This document shows, in pieces, positions 49,095 through 57,441 of a stretch of DNA of 64,000 nucleotides. The notes under the pieces are model-generated. The model worked only from the letters and a program-made list of their open reading frames with translations. It was not told where the DNA came from and ran no database searches. The position numbers were made by a program, and so were the translations under genes. The stretch lies in the IMG/VR virus record IMGVR_UViG_3300020420_000671; one strand, given 5' to 3'. Position 1 is the first letter of the stretch. Every line of letters begins with the position of its first letter. The stretch is from a virus (taxonomy: Duplodnaviria; Caudoviricetes).

Positions 49095-50111
49095 ATGGCA
49101 TTTAATTTTTGGCAATCGCATCCTCTCGGAGGTAAGAGAGATAAGGTAACCTGGGGTATGGTTGGTAACAGCCATGATGCTAGTATGGCATGTTTTATTG
49201 GCGACAAGCCTGTATGGGCATGTATGGCAAAAGATTTTGACATAGCTAACATGAAAGACAGTCATCCTGACTTCCATTGGACGATGATACAGGTTGCGTT
49301 ACAAAGTTACGGTCAGCCTGATAAAATAGTTTGGTATGAAAATCCATTCCTAAAAACAACAAGGCAATGGTGGGCAGGACAGGGTTGGTTATCCAAGGAA
49401 AACAATATTAGAGATTATCTATCACAATGGGACATAAATGCTCCAATAGAATATGCTTGGCATCATCATGCTCATGCTTCATACGGATACTACACAAGTG
49501 GATTCAAGGATGCTACAATTTTATGTATGGACAGTATTGGAGAATGGGAAAGTTTAACTATATGGTCTGGAAAAGGTGACAAACTTAAAAAAGTATATTC
49601 TCAAAAATATCCACATAGTGTTGGATTGTTTTATAGTGCTATGACACAGCGTTGTGGTTTAGAACCAAACAAAGAAGAATATGCTATTGTAAATCTTGCT
49701 AAAGGAGCCAAAGGTGCTTATGTAAATGCTTTGGAAAAGACTTTGGTAAATGAAGAACTAGATGGTAGTATGCCAGGTGTTCATTTTAATATTAATTTAC
49801 ATAGAGGAGGTAAACATATACTTCCTGAACTAGATGACAATATTGAAATGGCTTTTGCTACACAGGCTGTTTATGAAAAGATATTGAAATCTAACAGTGA
49901 TTGGTGTAAGAAAAAGTTACCAAGTAAAAATTTGATCATTACCGGAGGTTGTGCTTTGAATCAAAAGGCCAACAAGGTGATTGAAAAGGATTGGAAAAAA
50001 ATGTACGTTCCAAAAAATCCTGGAGACCCAGGAAGTTGTATTGGAGCAGTAGCAAGTAAAATCAAAAAACAACTTGACTACAACGAAAAGATATGGTATA
50101 ATAGAAAGTAA
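49095..50111 (+). CDS. Carbamoyltransferase (NodU/CmcH/TobZ family), N-terminal Kae1-like domain only
   Basis: SHDAS, HHHAHA, MDSIGEWES, SVGLFYSAMT, TGGCALN, PGDPGSCIGA. The ORF ends before any C-terminal domain. Confidence 0.85.
   Translation: MAFNFWQSHPLGGKRDKVTWGMVGNSHDASMACFIGDKPVWACMAKDFDIANMKDSHPDFHWTMIQVALQSYGQPDKIVWYENPFLKTTRQWWAGQGWLSKENNIRDYLSQWDINAPIEYAWHHHAHASYGYYTSGFKDATILCMDSIGEWESLTIWSGKGDKLKKVYSQKYPHSVGLFYSAMTQRCGLEPNKEEYAIVNLAKGAKGAYVNALEKTLVNEELDGSMPGVHFNINLHRGGKHILPELDDNIEMAFATQAVYEKILKSNSDWCKKKLPSKNLIITGGCALNQKANKVIEKDWKKMYVPKNPGDPGSCIGAVASKIKKQLDYNEKIWYNRK
50074..50102 (+). promoter_or_regulatory. Sigma70-type promoter inside the carbamoyltransferase 3' end
   Basis: TTGACT, 17 bp, TATAAT. 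Confidence 0.65.
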
Positions 50112-50203
50112 TGATAGGATTATTTTTTTTAGGCATGGTTGTTTCTGTAGCATTTATGTGGTTAATATTGTGGGTAATGAGTAAAGAAGGAGACGGGCTA
50201 TAA
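50111..50203 (+). CDS. 30-aa single-TM peptide (not in the ORF track)
   Basis: MIGLFFLGMVVSVAFMWLILWVMSKEGDGL. TAATG-coupled, 8 nt after a -10 box. Confidence 0.5.
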   Translation: MIGLFFLGMVVSVAFMWLILWVMSKEGDGL

Positions 50204-50205
50204 AA

Positions 50206-50517
50206 ATGAACGAAGTATATAAGAAGCTTGATGAAAAGATTAAGGAATTAAATTCAACAAGGGTCTTTAAAAAAGTTACTCCAAAAGGAGATCTAAGCTG
50301 GTACATAAAATGGACAGCTAGTTTTATAATACTAATAGGTATGGTACTAACAAGTATCACAGGAATGGAGCCATATAATCTGTTCTTTCATTTTGTAGGT
50401 GTATTAGGTTGGGGTATTGTTGGTATGCTATGGCATGATAGAGCATTAATTTTCATTAACGGTATTGCTCTTTTTATCTTTGCTGTTGGAATTGGTAAAT
50501 GGTATGTCGGTATCTGA
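50206..50517 (+). CDS. Small membrane protein
   Basis: Three hydrophobic helices after KKVTPKGDLSWYIKW. Confidence 0.65.
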   Translation: MNEVYKKLDEKIKELNSTRVFKKVTPKGDLSWYIKWTASFIILIGMVLTSITGMEPYNLFFHFVGVLGWGIVGMLWHDRALIFINGIALFIFAVGIGKWYVGI

Positions 50518-50671
50518 GGTTAATAAAAAATTGAATAATGAATATCCAAAACTATTACATGCTGTAAGGTTTGGTTCAGATCTACCAGAAGAAACCAAGA
50601 AGGCAGTGGTATATAAATTTGTTGAAACATTAGAAGAATTAGTAAAGGCATTAGATGAAGCAAAACGTTGA
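50504..50671 (+). CDS. Small hypothetical protein
   Basis: Start MSVSEV at 50504; bridges to the helicase gene. Confidence 0.5.
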   Translation: MSVSEVNKKLNNEYPKLLHAVRFGSDLPEETKKAVVYKFVETLEELVKALDEAKR

Positions 50672-52094
50672 TTATGGATATGATATACAAAAAGTATATC
50701 TGGAAATGATGCTCAGTGATGCTGAGAGTTTCGTAAGGTGCCAAGGTGTATTTGATCACAGCTTGTTTGATAGAAGATTACAAAAAGCGGCACAGTTCAT
50801 TTATGAATACGTAGGAGAACATAATGTTTTGCCTACACAAGAAATGGTAAATGCGGCAGGTCAAACAAACTTAGAAGTGCCAACAGGATTACAAGAAAAT
50901 CATTATGATTGGTTATTACAAGACTTTGAAACATTTACTAGACATAAAGCATTAGAAAAAGCAATACTTGAAAGTGCTGACTTGTTGGAAAAAGGACAGT
51001 ATGGTCCTGTTGAACAGAAGATCAAAAGTGCTGTACAAATAGGTTTACAGAAAGACTTAGGAACAGACTATTGGTTGAATCCTAAAGAAAGACTTTTAGC
51101 AATTAAGAGTAACAACGGACAAGTGAGTACAGGTTGGGACAGTTTAGATAAGAAACTGTTTGGTGGCTTTAATAGAGGTGAACTTAATATTTTCGCAGGT
51201 GGTAGTGGTGCTGGTAAGAGTTTGTTCCTAGCAAACTTAGGAGTGAACTGGGCATTGGCAGGAATGAATGTGTTGTACTTAACACTTGAACTTTCTGAGA
51301 ACTTGGTTAGTATGCGTGTTGATAGTATGGTGACAGACATTCCAACTAGAGATATATTTAAAGATGTTGATGAAGTTGAAATGAAAGTCAAAATGATTGG
51401 TAAGAAAGCAGGAGCATTACAAGTCAAGTACATGCCAAGTGGCAAGACTCCAAATGATATTAGAGCTTACTTAAAAGAATACGAAATCAAGATGAATAGA
51501 AAAGTCGATGTGTTATTGATTGACTATCTTGATTTGCTTATGCCGAACGGTGCTAGAGTCAGTGCTGAAAACCTGTTTATCAAAGATAAGTTTGTATCTG
51601 AAGAACTACGTAACTTGGCTATGGAACTTAACTGTGTGTTTGTTACAGCATCGCAGTTGAACAGAGCCAGTGTTGAAGAGATTGAATTTGATCATTCGCA
51701 CATCAGTGGTGGTTTGAGTAAGATACAAACTGCTGACAATGTTATTGGTATATTCACAAGTAGAGCTATGCGTGAACGTGGTAGATATCAAATACAACTT
51801 ATGAAAACTAGAAGTTCTAGTGGTGTAGGTAGCAAGGTTGATTTAGAATTTGATGTTGACAGTTTACGTATTAGAGATTTAGCAGAAGATGATGACTATC
51901 AAGAATTTGATAAACGTAAGTCTACTATCTATGAAGGACTTAAACGTAACACAATGTCTAGTACAGAAGGTGAAACAGCCGAAGCTGATCCAAATCCCAA
52001 GACAGGTGATAGTGTAGGCAAAATCAAAGCAGAAGCAGATTCAACAAAACTAAGATCGTTCCTAGCAAATCTAGGAGGCGATGATGAAGATTAA
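50655..52094 (+). CDS. Replicative DNA helicase (DnaB/gp41-like)
   Basis: GFNRGELNIFAGGSGAGKS, YLTLELSE, LIDYLDL, TASQLNR, QLMKTRSS. Confidence 0.93.
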   Translation: MKQNVDYGYDIQKVYLEMMLSDAESFVRCQGVFDHSLFDRRLQKAAQFIYEYVGEHNVLPTQEMVNAAGQTNLEVPTGLQENHYDWLLQDFETFTRHKALEKAILESADLLEKGQYGPVEQKIKSAVQIGLQKDLGTDYWLNPKERLLAIKSNNGQVSTGWDSLDKKLFGGFNRGELNIFAGGSGAGKSLFLANLGVNWALAGMNVLYLTLELSENLVSMRVDSMVTDIPTRDIFKDVDEVEMKVKMIGKKAGALQVKYMPSGKTPNDIRAYLKEYEIKMNRKVDVLLIDYLDLLMPNGARVSAENLFIKDKFVSEELRNLAMELNCVFVTASQLNRASVEEIEFDHSHISGGLSKIQTADNVIGIFTSRAMRERGRYQIQLMKTRSSSGVGSKVDLEFDVDSLRIRDLAEDDDYQEFDKRKSTIYEGLKRNTMSSTEGETAEADPNPKTGDSVGKIKAEADSTKLRSFLANLGGDDED

Positions 52095-52929
52095 ACTAAC
52101 AGCATTTCAACAACCGGTATTTAGAGAGCCATTAGAAAACCTAGAATGTACTCTAGATATGCTTAAAGAAAATAGCAACACCGATTGGATACTTACTCCT
52201 GAATGTGCTGTTAGTGGTTACTGCCAGGCTCCTGTGCTTTATCAACCTTTTACTGTACAAGTGAAACACGTTGAAATGGCTATAACAAAGATATCAGAAA
52301 AGGCAAAAGAACTTGGTGTAGGAATAGGAATAGGATCAAGCATTAGAGGCAAAGATACTTTTCCATATAACGGAATTTTATTTTACAACAAGGCAGGAGA
52401 AGAAATTTCTGTTTACAAAAAAAGACTGCTTACACAAGGATGGGAAGGTGGTGGAGAATTACACAGTTATTTGGCTGGGCATGTTCCTAGTTATTTTTAT
52501 CTAGATGAACACGAACAAGTAAAAGCATCTGCTCTTATCTGTAATGATATATGGTGTATGCCAAGAAGTGCTCCTAACGGCAATCCTTACTTAACAATTG
52601 AACTAGCAAAGAATAACGTAGATGTATTATTTGTTGCTTCTAACTGTAACGGAGTTGAACCAGATCCGTTAGCAAAAGTTTGGAACGAAAATCATTTACA
52701 AGTGTTTGCCAAGGAGTTTGGATTTTACATAGTTCATTCAAATAGTGCTACATCTGTAAAACATGAAGATACTGATTACCTTCAATGTTCTTCTGGTATT
52801 ATAGGTCCTGATGGAAATTGGATTGCTAAATGTAAAGATACCGGAATGGATAGTGTGACAGCAGAAGTAGAAATCAAGCCAAGAGTTACAATCCAAAAAG
52901 CCACTGACGCCATCTTTAGCCGATCATAA
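52081..52929 (+). CDS. Carbon-nitrogen hydrolase (nitrilase superfamily) paralog 1
   Basis: Catalytic triad motifs LTPECAVSGY (E), YKKRLL (K), ICNDIW (C). Confidence 0.85.
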   Translation: MMKIKLTAFQQPVFREPLENLECTLDMLKENSNTDWILTPECAVSGYCQAPVLYQPFTVQVKHVEMAITKISEKAKELGVGIGIGSSIRGKDTFPYNGILFYNKAGEEISVYKKRLLTQGWEGGGELHSYLAGHVPSYFYLDEHEQVKASALICNDIWCMPRSAPNGNPYLTIELAKNNVDVLFVASNCNGVEPDPLAKVWNENHLQVFAKEFGFYIVHSNSATSVKHEDTDYLQCSSGIIGPDGNWIAKCKDTGMDSVTAEVEIKPRVTIQKATDAIFSRS

Positions 52930-52966
52930 ATACTTTGCTTAGGCACATAGGCAATTGGAGGCTATA

Positions 52967-54595
52967 ATGAAAACAGACTTAGAAAACATACAATCACTCT
53001 TGGACAGATTTAAAAGGCCAATACCAGACAGAGACAACTATAGGACAAGGCTGGCAGAAGAATTTGAACTTATCCTTAATCAGAGATTCACTGATTACTT
53101 CTTACAAATATGCGATATCATTGATATAACACAAGACCTTACTCACATGACCAGAGGGTCAGCAGGTAGTAGTTTGGTTTGCTACCTACTAGGCATCACA
53201 GATGTTGACCCAATCAAATGGAATATACCTGTAGCACGTTTTATGAATCCATTGCGTGATGACTTACCTGATGTTGATATCGACTTTCAACATTGGCAAC
53301 AGGGTGAAGTAATGAATAGGATATTTAAAAGATGGCCTGGCAAGACAGCAAGACTTTCTAACTACGTAATGTTCAGAGAGAAGAGTGCTAAAAAGGAAGC
53401 GGCCAAACGCTTAGGAGCAAAAGGCAACCTACCAAGAAACTTTACATATGAATCTGTAGGTGTTGACCCAAAAGAAGCAAAACGTATTGAAAGAAAACTT
53501 ATTGGAAAGAAACGTGCCATATCAAAACATTGTGGTGGTATAGTCATGTTCACAAGACAGTTACCAAAGAGTTTGATATCACAGGATAATCAAATACTGT
53601 TAGACAAGTATGAAGTAGAAGACTTGGAACACTTAAAAGTAGATGTACTTGCCAACAGAGGATTATCACAACTATTAGAAATAGATGAAATTACAAAACT
53701 AGAATACTATCCTGAACAGGATGAAGCTACAAGTCGACTACTATGTAGAGGTGATGTGTTAGGTGTAACACAAGGAGAGTCTCCTGCTATGCGTAGATTG
53801 TTTAGAGCGTTACAACCTAAGTCAGTGTACGACTGTGTGTTTGCTACTGCTATGATACGACCAGTGGCAATGAGTGGTAGACAAAAGGCCGCTATGTTTC
53901 AGGATTGGTCACAAGAAGCAGTACAAGACAGTATCGTGTTTGAAGATGACGCTATAGATATTATATCAAACATCATAGGCGTAGACATGTACGAAGCTGA
54001 TATGTATCGTAGAGCGTTTGCTAAAAAAAATGACGAGAAGATACTTGAGTTTGTAGAGAAGATGGGTGGACATCCACGTAAGCAAGAAGCCATGGCCGCA
54101 CTACAAGAACTATCTGGATTTGGATTATGTAGAGCCCATGCTGTTAATCTTGGACGTCTCATATGGGCATTGGCATATCAAAAGGCTCATAACAAAAAAG
54201 AGTTTTGGAAGGCAAACCTAAAACATTGCCAAGGATCTTATCGATCATGGGTGTATCAATGCGAAGCACATAGATTGAACATACCAACTAAAAGCGGTTG
54301 GTGGTGGCACGGCTTTCCAAAAAGACTTGGAGTAAGACAACAGTGGATGGATCGTGTTGAGTTTTCAGGAGTAATAGCCAATGGTAGATGCTATCGTGGT
54401 AAGAAAGGACGCTGGGTAACCTTTCTTACGTTAGGAGTAGACTACGGAGAATACATTGATGTGGTAATCCAAAAACCATTTGCTTATAGAGATGGTGACA
54501 TAGTACATGGATCAGGAAGAGTCAAACACTCCAATAACTCAGACTATATAGATAGTAGTGATGTTAAAAGTTATACGTTTGCGGAGTGGCGATGA
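52967..54595 (+). CDS. dnaE: Compact PHP-less family C DNA polymerase (DnaE-like) with C-terminal OB-fold
   Basis: RGSAGSSLVCYLLGITDVDP, ARFMNPLR..LPDVDIDF, SKHCGG, LKVDVLANRGL, QGESPAMR, FGLCRAHA, and OB-like KKGRWVTFLTL. GGAGG lies before ATG 52967. Confidence 0.85.
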   Translation: MKTDLENIQSLLDRFKRPIPDRDNYRTRLAEEFELILNQRFTDYFLQICDIIDITQDLTHMTRGSAGSSLVCYLLGITDVDPIKWNIPVARFMNPLRDDLPDVDIDFQHWQQGEVMNRIFKRWPGKTARLSNYVMFREKSAKKEAAKRLGAKGNLPRNFTYESVGVDPKEAKRIERKLIGKKRAISKHCGGIVMFTRQLPKSLISQDNQILLDKYEVEDLEHLKVDVLANRGLSQLLEIDEITKLEYYPEQDEATSRLLCRGDVLGVTQGESPAMRRLFRALQPKSVYDCVFATAMIRPVAMSGRQKAAMFQDWSQEAVQDSIVFEDDAIDIISNIIGVDMYEADMYRRAFAKKNDEKILEFVEKMGGHPRKQEAMAALQELSGFGLCRAHAVNLGRLIWALAYQKAHNKKEFWKANLKHCQGSYRSWVYQCEAHRLNIPTKSGWWWHGFPKRLGVRQQWMDRVEFSGVIANGRCYRGKKGRWVTFLTLGVDYGEYIDVVIQKPFAYRDGDIVHGSGRVKHSNNSDYIDSSDVKSYTFAEWR

Positions 54596-55296
54596 AAATT
54601 AAATTTATATGTGGTGATAAACATGTTGCGAAACATTTTCCACCTAAGCCAGCAACCAAAGATAGACCAGACTGGTATAATAAGTTACCTGGATTTCTAG
54701 GTGAACCTTTATCTTCACCACCCACACTTAAAAAATGTATGCCCGTATATGATCATATGACATCAGGGTATATTGTACATAATCCTGTAGAACAAGAAAT
54801 CAGGTGTATGGAAAGAATGGACAATGATGAAATTGTAGCATTCCAGAGAAGATTTCCACAAGCATGGCAGAATCAAGATCCCCAAGAAGGCCACATGCAT
54901 GAACAATGTCCTGTACATGTTAATAATGACGAACGTAGAGATTGGATTACGTTTAGTGTTCCGTGGCGTATAGAAACTCCGCCCGGATATTCCTGTTTGA
55001 TTCAACCTCCATACTTTCATTTTGAAAAGCGATTTACACTATGGCCAGGAATAGTTGATACAGATACAATTGATGTACCTTGGTCCAATTGGCCAGGACA
55101 TATGAATATACCAAAGGGTGAAAGTGTGAAGATACAACCAGGAACTCCTTTGATGCAGGTATTTCCGTTTAAAAGAGAAGATTGGGAAATGGAAATAGAA
55201 GTTGACGAAGCAGGCAAGGCAAGAGATACTAGCCTTAAGTTTTTCTTAACAAACGCATACGCAAGGATATTTCATCGAAAGAAATCTTACAAATAA
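54592..55296 (+). CDS. Hypothetical protein of the dUTPase-like/DUF6065-type phage family
   Basis: KKCMPVYDHMTSGY, PWRIETPPGYSCL, PGIVDTD, PGTPLMQVFPFKRE. Confidence 0.55.
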   Translation: MKIKFICGDKHVAKHFPPKPATKDRPDWYNKLPGFLGEPLSSPPTLKKCMPVYDHMTSGYIVHNPVEQEIRCMERMDNDEIVAFQRRFPQAWQNQDPQEGHMHEQCPVHVNNDERRDWITFSVPWRIETPPGYSCLIQPPYFHFEKRFTLWPGIVDTDTIDVPWSNWPGHMNIPKGESVKIQPGTPLMQVFPFKREDWEMEIEVDEAGKARDTSLKFFLTNAYARIFHRKKSYK

Positions 55297-55373
55297 TGAA
55301 AATAGGTATAGGCGCTCTTGTCACAGCAATAATGGCACTCGTAGCTTGGATAATAAGAAAGTTTAAAAAATGA
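55296..55373 (+). CDS. 25-aa single-TM peptide (not in the ORF track)
   Basis: MKIGIGALVTAIMALVAWIIRKFKK. TAATG-coupled upstream and ATGA-coupled downstream. Confidence 0.55.
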   Translation: MKIGIGALVTAIMALVAWIIRKFKK

Positions 55374-56149
55374 TAATAACAACAAGCCAACAACCAGTAT
55401 TCGCAGAAGTGAAAGAAAATTTAGAATGTTTGATAGACGTACTAGATACCCACAAGGAATCAGATTGGATACTAACACCAGAGGGTAGTCTAAGTGGATA
55501 TTGTTTGAATCAGACCCATGAACAAAAGAACAAGGAATATAACGAGGCCCTAGCAAAACTAGAAAAATATTTGCTAGACAACAAAAGAAATTTACTACTG
55601 GGTACAGGACATATCGAGCCAGACGGCTTACCCTACAACCAAATACGTGTTTATAGACAGGGGGTATGTGTTGGGGTTTACAATAAACAACTATTAACCA
55701 ATGACGTTGGTGCTATGGGTGAGTATTATTTCTATACCCCTGGTAATGCGTGTGGATATTTTTATCTAGACTCTCTAGCCAAATTTAAAGCGTCGACATT
55801 GATCTGTAATGACGTATGGGCTTTTCCACAAGTAAGTCCTAACGGTAATCCATATTTTTATAGAGAGATTAGTCAACATGGAGCAAAGATAGTTTTTGTT
55901 TCTGTAAACTGTTGTACAGATAAACATGATGAACTTGTATACAACTATCACGAATCACATCTTAGACTCTTAAGCAGACAGTTTAACGTACACACAGTTG
56001 TAAGTTCGGCATGTACAGACATGAGAGGTGAATCTACTAACGAAAAAATACAATGTCCAAGTGGTATAATAGATCCAAACGGTAAATGGGTAAGGAAGTG
56101 TGAAGACGTAGGCATGGACAGCGTTACAGCGGAGATAAAACTTGCCTAG
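55370..56149 (+). CDS. Carbon-nitrogen hydrolase paralog 2
   Basis: LTPEGSLSGY, YNKQLL, ICNDVW. Shares PNGNPY and C(S/P)SGII(G/D)P(D/N)G with paralog 1. Confidence 0.85.
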   Translation: MIITTSQQPVFAEVKENLECLIDVLDTHKESDWILTPEGSLSGYCLNQTHEQKNKEYNEALAKLEKYLLDNKRNLLLGTGHIEPDGLPYNQIRVYRQGVCVGVYNKQLLTNDVGAMGEYYFYTPGNACGYFYLDSLAKFKASTLICNDVWAFPQVSPNGNPYFYREISQHGAKIVFVSVNCCTDKHDELVYNYHESHLRLLSRQFNVHTVVSSACTDMRGESTNEKIQCPSGIIDPNGKWVRKCEDVGMDSVTAEIKLA

Positions 56150-56933
56150 AACGTTATGGATATATGGTGACAGTTTTGCTGTTGATTGGAAAGTAGATTG
56201 GTGTTGGCAAAGGCAATTGGCAGGATCTTTGAAAATAGATAGAGTAGTGAATCAAGCCTGTGCTGGTTCATCAAATGAATGGAGTGCCATGCAGTTCCGA
56301 GATGACAAACAACAGCCAGGAGACATTGTAGTATTCTTTACTACCGAACATTCACGTCAATGGTTTTTTAAAGACAGACCTCATCTAAGCAATCTTGGTA
56401 GTATCACAGACACACATGACGCAAAGGCTCTTAAAAATTCTGAGCCTGAAAAGTATGATGCTGTGATGAACTATTGGTTACATCTACAACGTGATGATAT
56501 TGATCAATTGCGTATGGAACATATGATTGACAGTATACGTGTTAAGCAGATTGAAAATGAATTACATTTACTGTTGATTCCTAGCTTTGATTCAAATATG
56601 ATGTGGACTGATCTTATACCTGTGAAGGGTAACATGACGTTTAGTGTTTGTGATAAAGAGTTTGTAAACGAACAAGAAATGTTGCTGTGGTACAACCAAT
56701 CAATAGACACCAGAGCTAATCACATGACACTCGCTAACCATTCTATATTTGCTGAGAAGGTTGTACAAAGTTTAAGCGACAAGAAAATATTAGATTTAGA
56801 AACAGGATTTGAAACTGGCTTCTTAACACACAAACAAAAACTATCACATCCAGGTTTACTGCCTGAATTGATAGAAAAAGCAAAGGGACCTGGTAATTCG
56901 TTACCAAAAGAGTGCTTTACCGAAAGTGCTTGA
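56142..56933 (+). CDS. SGNH/GDSL-like hydrolase
   Basis: IYGDSF (block I), NQACAGSSN (block II), ANHM (catalytic His). TTG start with GGAG RBS. Confidence 0.6.
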   Translation: MPRTLWIYGDSFAVDWKVDWCWQRQLAGSLKIDRVVNQACAGSSNEWSAMQFRDDKQQPGDIVVFFTTEHSRQWFFKDRPHLSNLGSITDTHDAKALKNSEPEKYDAVMNYWLHLQRDDIDQLRMEHMIDSIRVKQIENELHLLLIPSFDSNMMWTDLIPVKGNMTFSVCDKEFVNEQEMLLWYNQSIDTRANHMTLANHSIFAEKVVQSLSDKKILDLETGFETGFLTHKQKLSHPGLLPELIEKAKGPGNSLPKECFTESA

Positions 56934-56958
56934 CAAAACAACCAAATCGTAGTATAGT
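56930..56958 (+). promoter_or_regulatory. Sigma70-type promoter driving the transporter pair
   Basis: TTGACA (56930-56935), 17 bp, TATAGT (56953-56958). Confidence 0.75.
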
Positions 56959-56967
56959 ATAGAAAAG

Positions 56968-57441
56968 ATGAGCAAAAATTTATTTTACTTGATAGTATTC
57001 GTGTCTACTATCGCCTTGAGTAGAATAATACCACACCCACCCAATTTTACACCAATACTAGCAGTGGCAGTAATGGCTCCAATGATTACTGGAGCAACAT
57101 TGTCAGGCATAGCAATAGCATTAGGTTCAATGATGTTAAGTGATTTATATTTTGGTTGGCATAGTACATTAGGGGTGGTATACATGTCCATAGCATTGTG
57201 TAGTTTCATACCAAGGTACATCAACAACGCATACCTAGCAGGATCAATTGCTAGTGTATTGTTTTTTGTGATTACCAACTTTGCTGTATGGCTTACAGGA
57301 TATTATGGATTAACTTGGCAAGGACTTATAGCATGTTACGTAGCGGCTATACCGTTCTTTGCTAACACACTAACAGGCACATTATTTTACACTTTGATTA
57401 TAAAATCAGTAGTTACGATACAAAGGAGGATTTATGCGTAA
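56968..57441 (+). CDS. DUF6580-like integral membrane protein (proposed ECF-type vitamin transporter S-component)
   Basis: SRIIPHPPNFTPI, MMLSDLYFG, LFFVITNFAVW, CYVAAIPFFANTLTG; 157 aa and strongly hydrophobic. Confidence 0.7.
   Translation: MSKNLFYLIVFVSTIALSRIIPHPPNFTPILAVAVMAPMITGATLSGIAIALGSMMLSDLYFGWHSTLGVVYMSIALCSFIPRYINNAYLAGSIASVLFFVITNFAVWLTGYYGLTWQGLIACYVAAIPFFANTLTGTLFYTLIIKSVVTIQRRIYA

Noticed and set aside
45621-54595. The two DnaE-like ORFs as halves of one split or intein-interrupted polymerase
   Set aside because: Both contain PD(I/V)DID and the third catalytic Asp motif, so they are paralogs. No intein motifs are visible.
56933-56967. Cobalamin riboswitch upstream of the transporter pair
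   Set aside because: The intergenic gap is only about 34 nt and is filled by a promoter, which is too short for the riboswitch.
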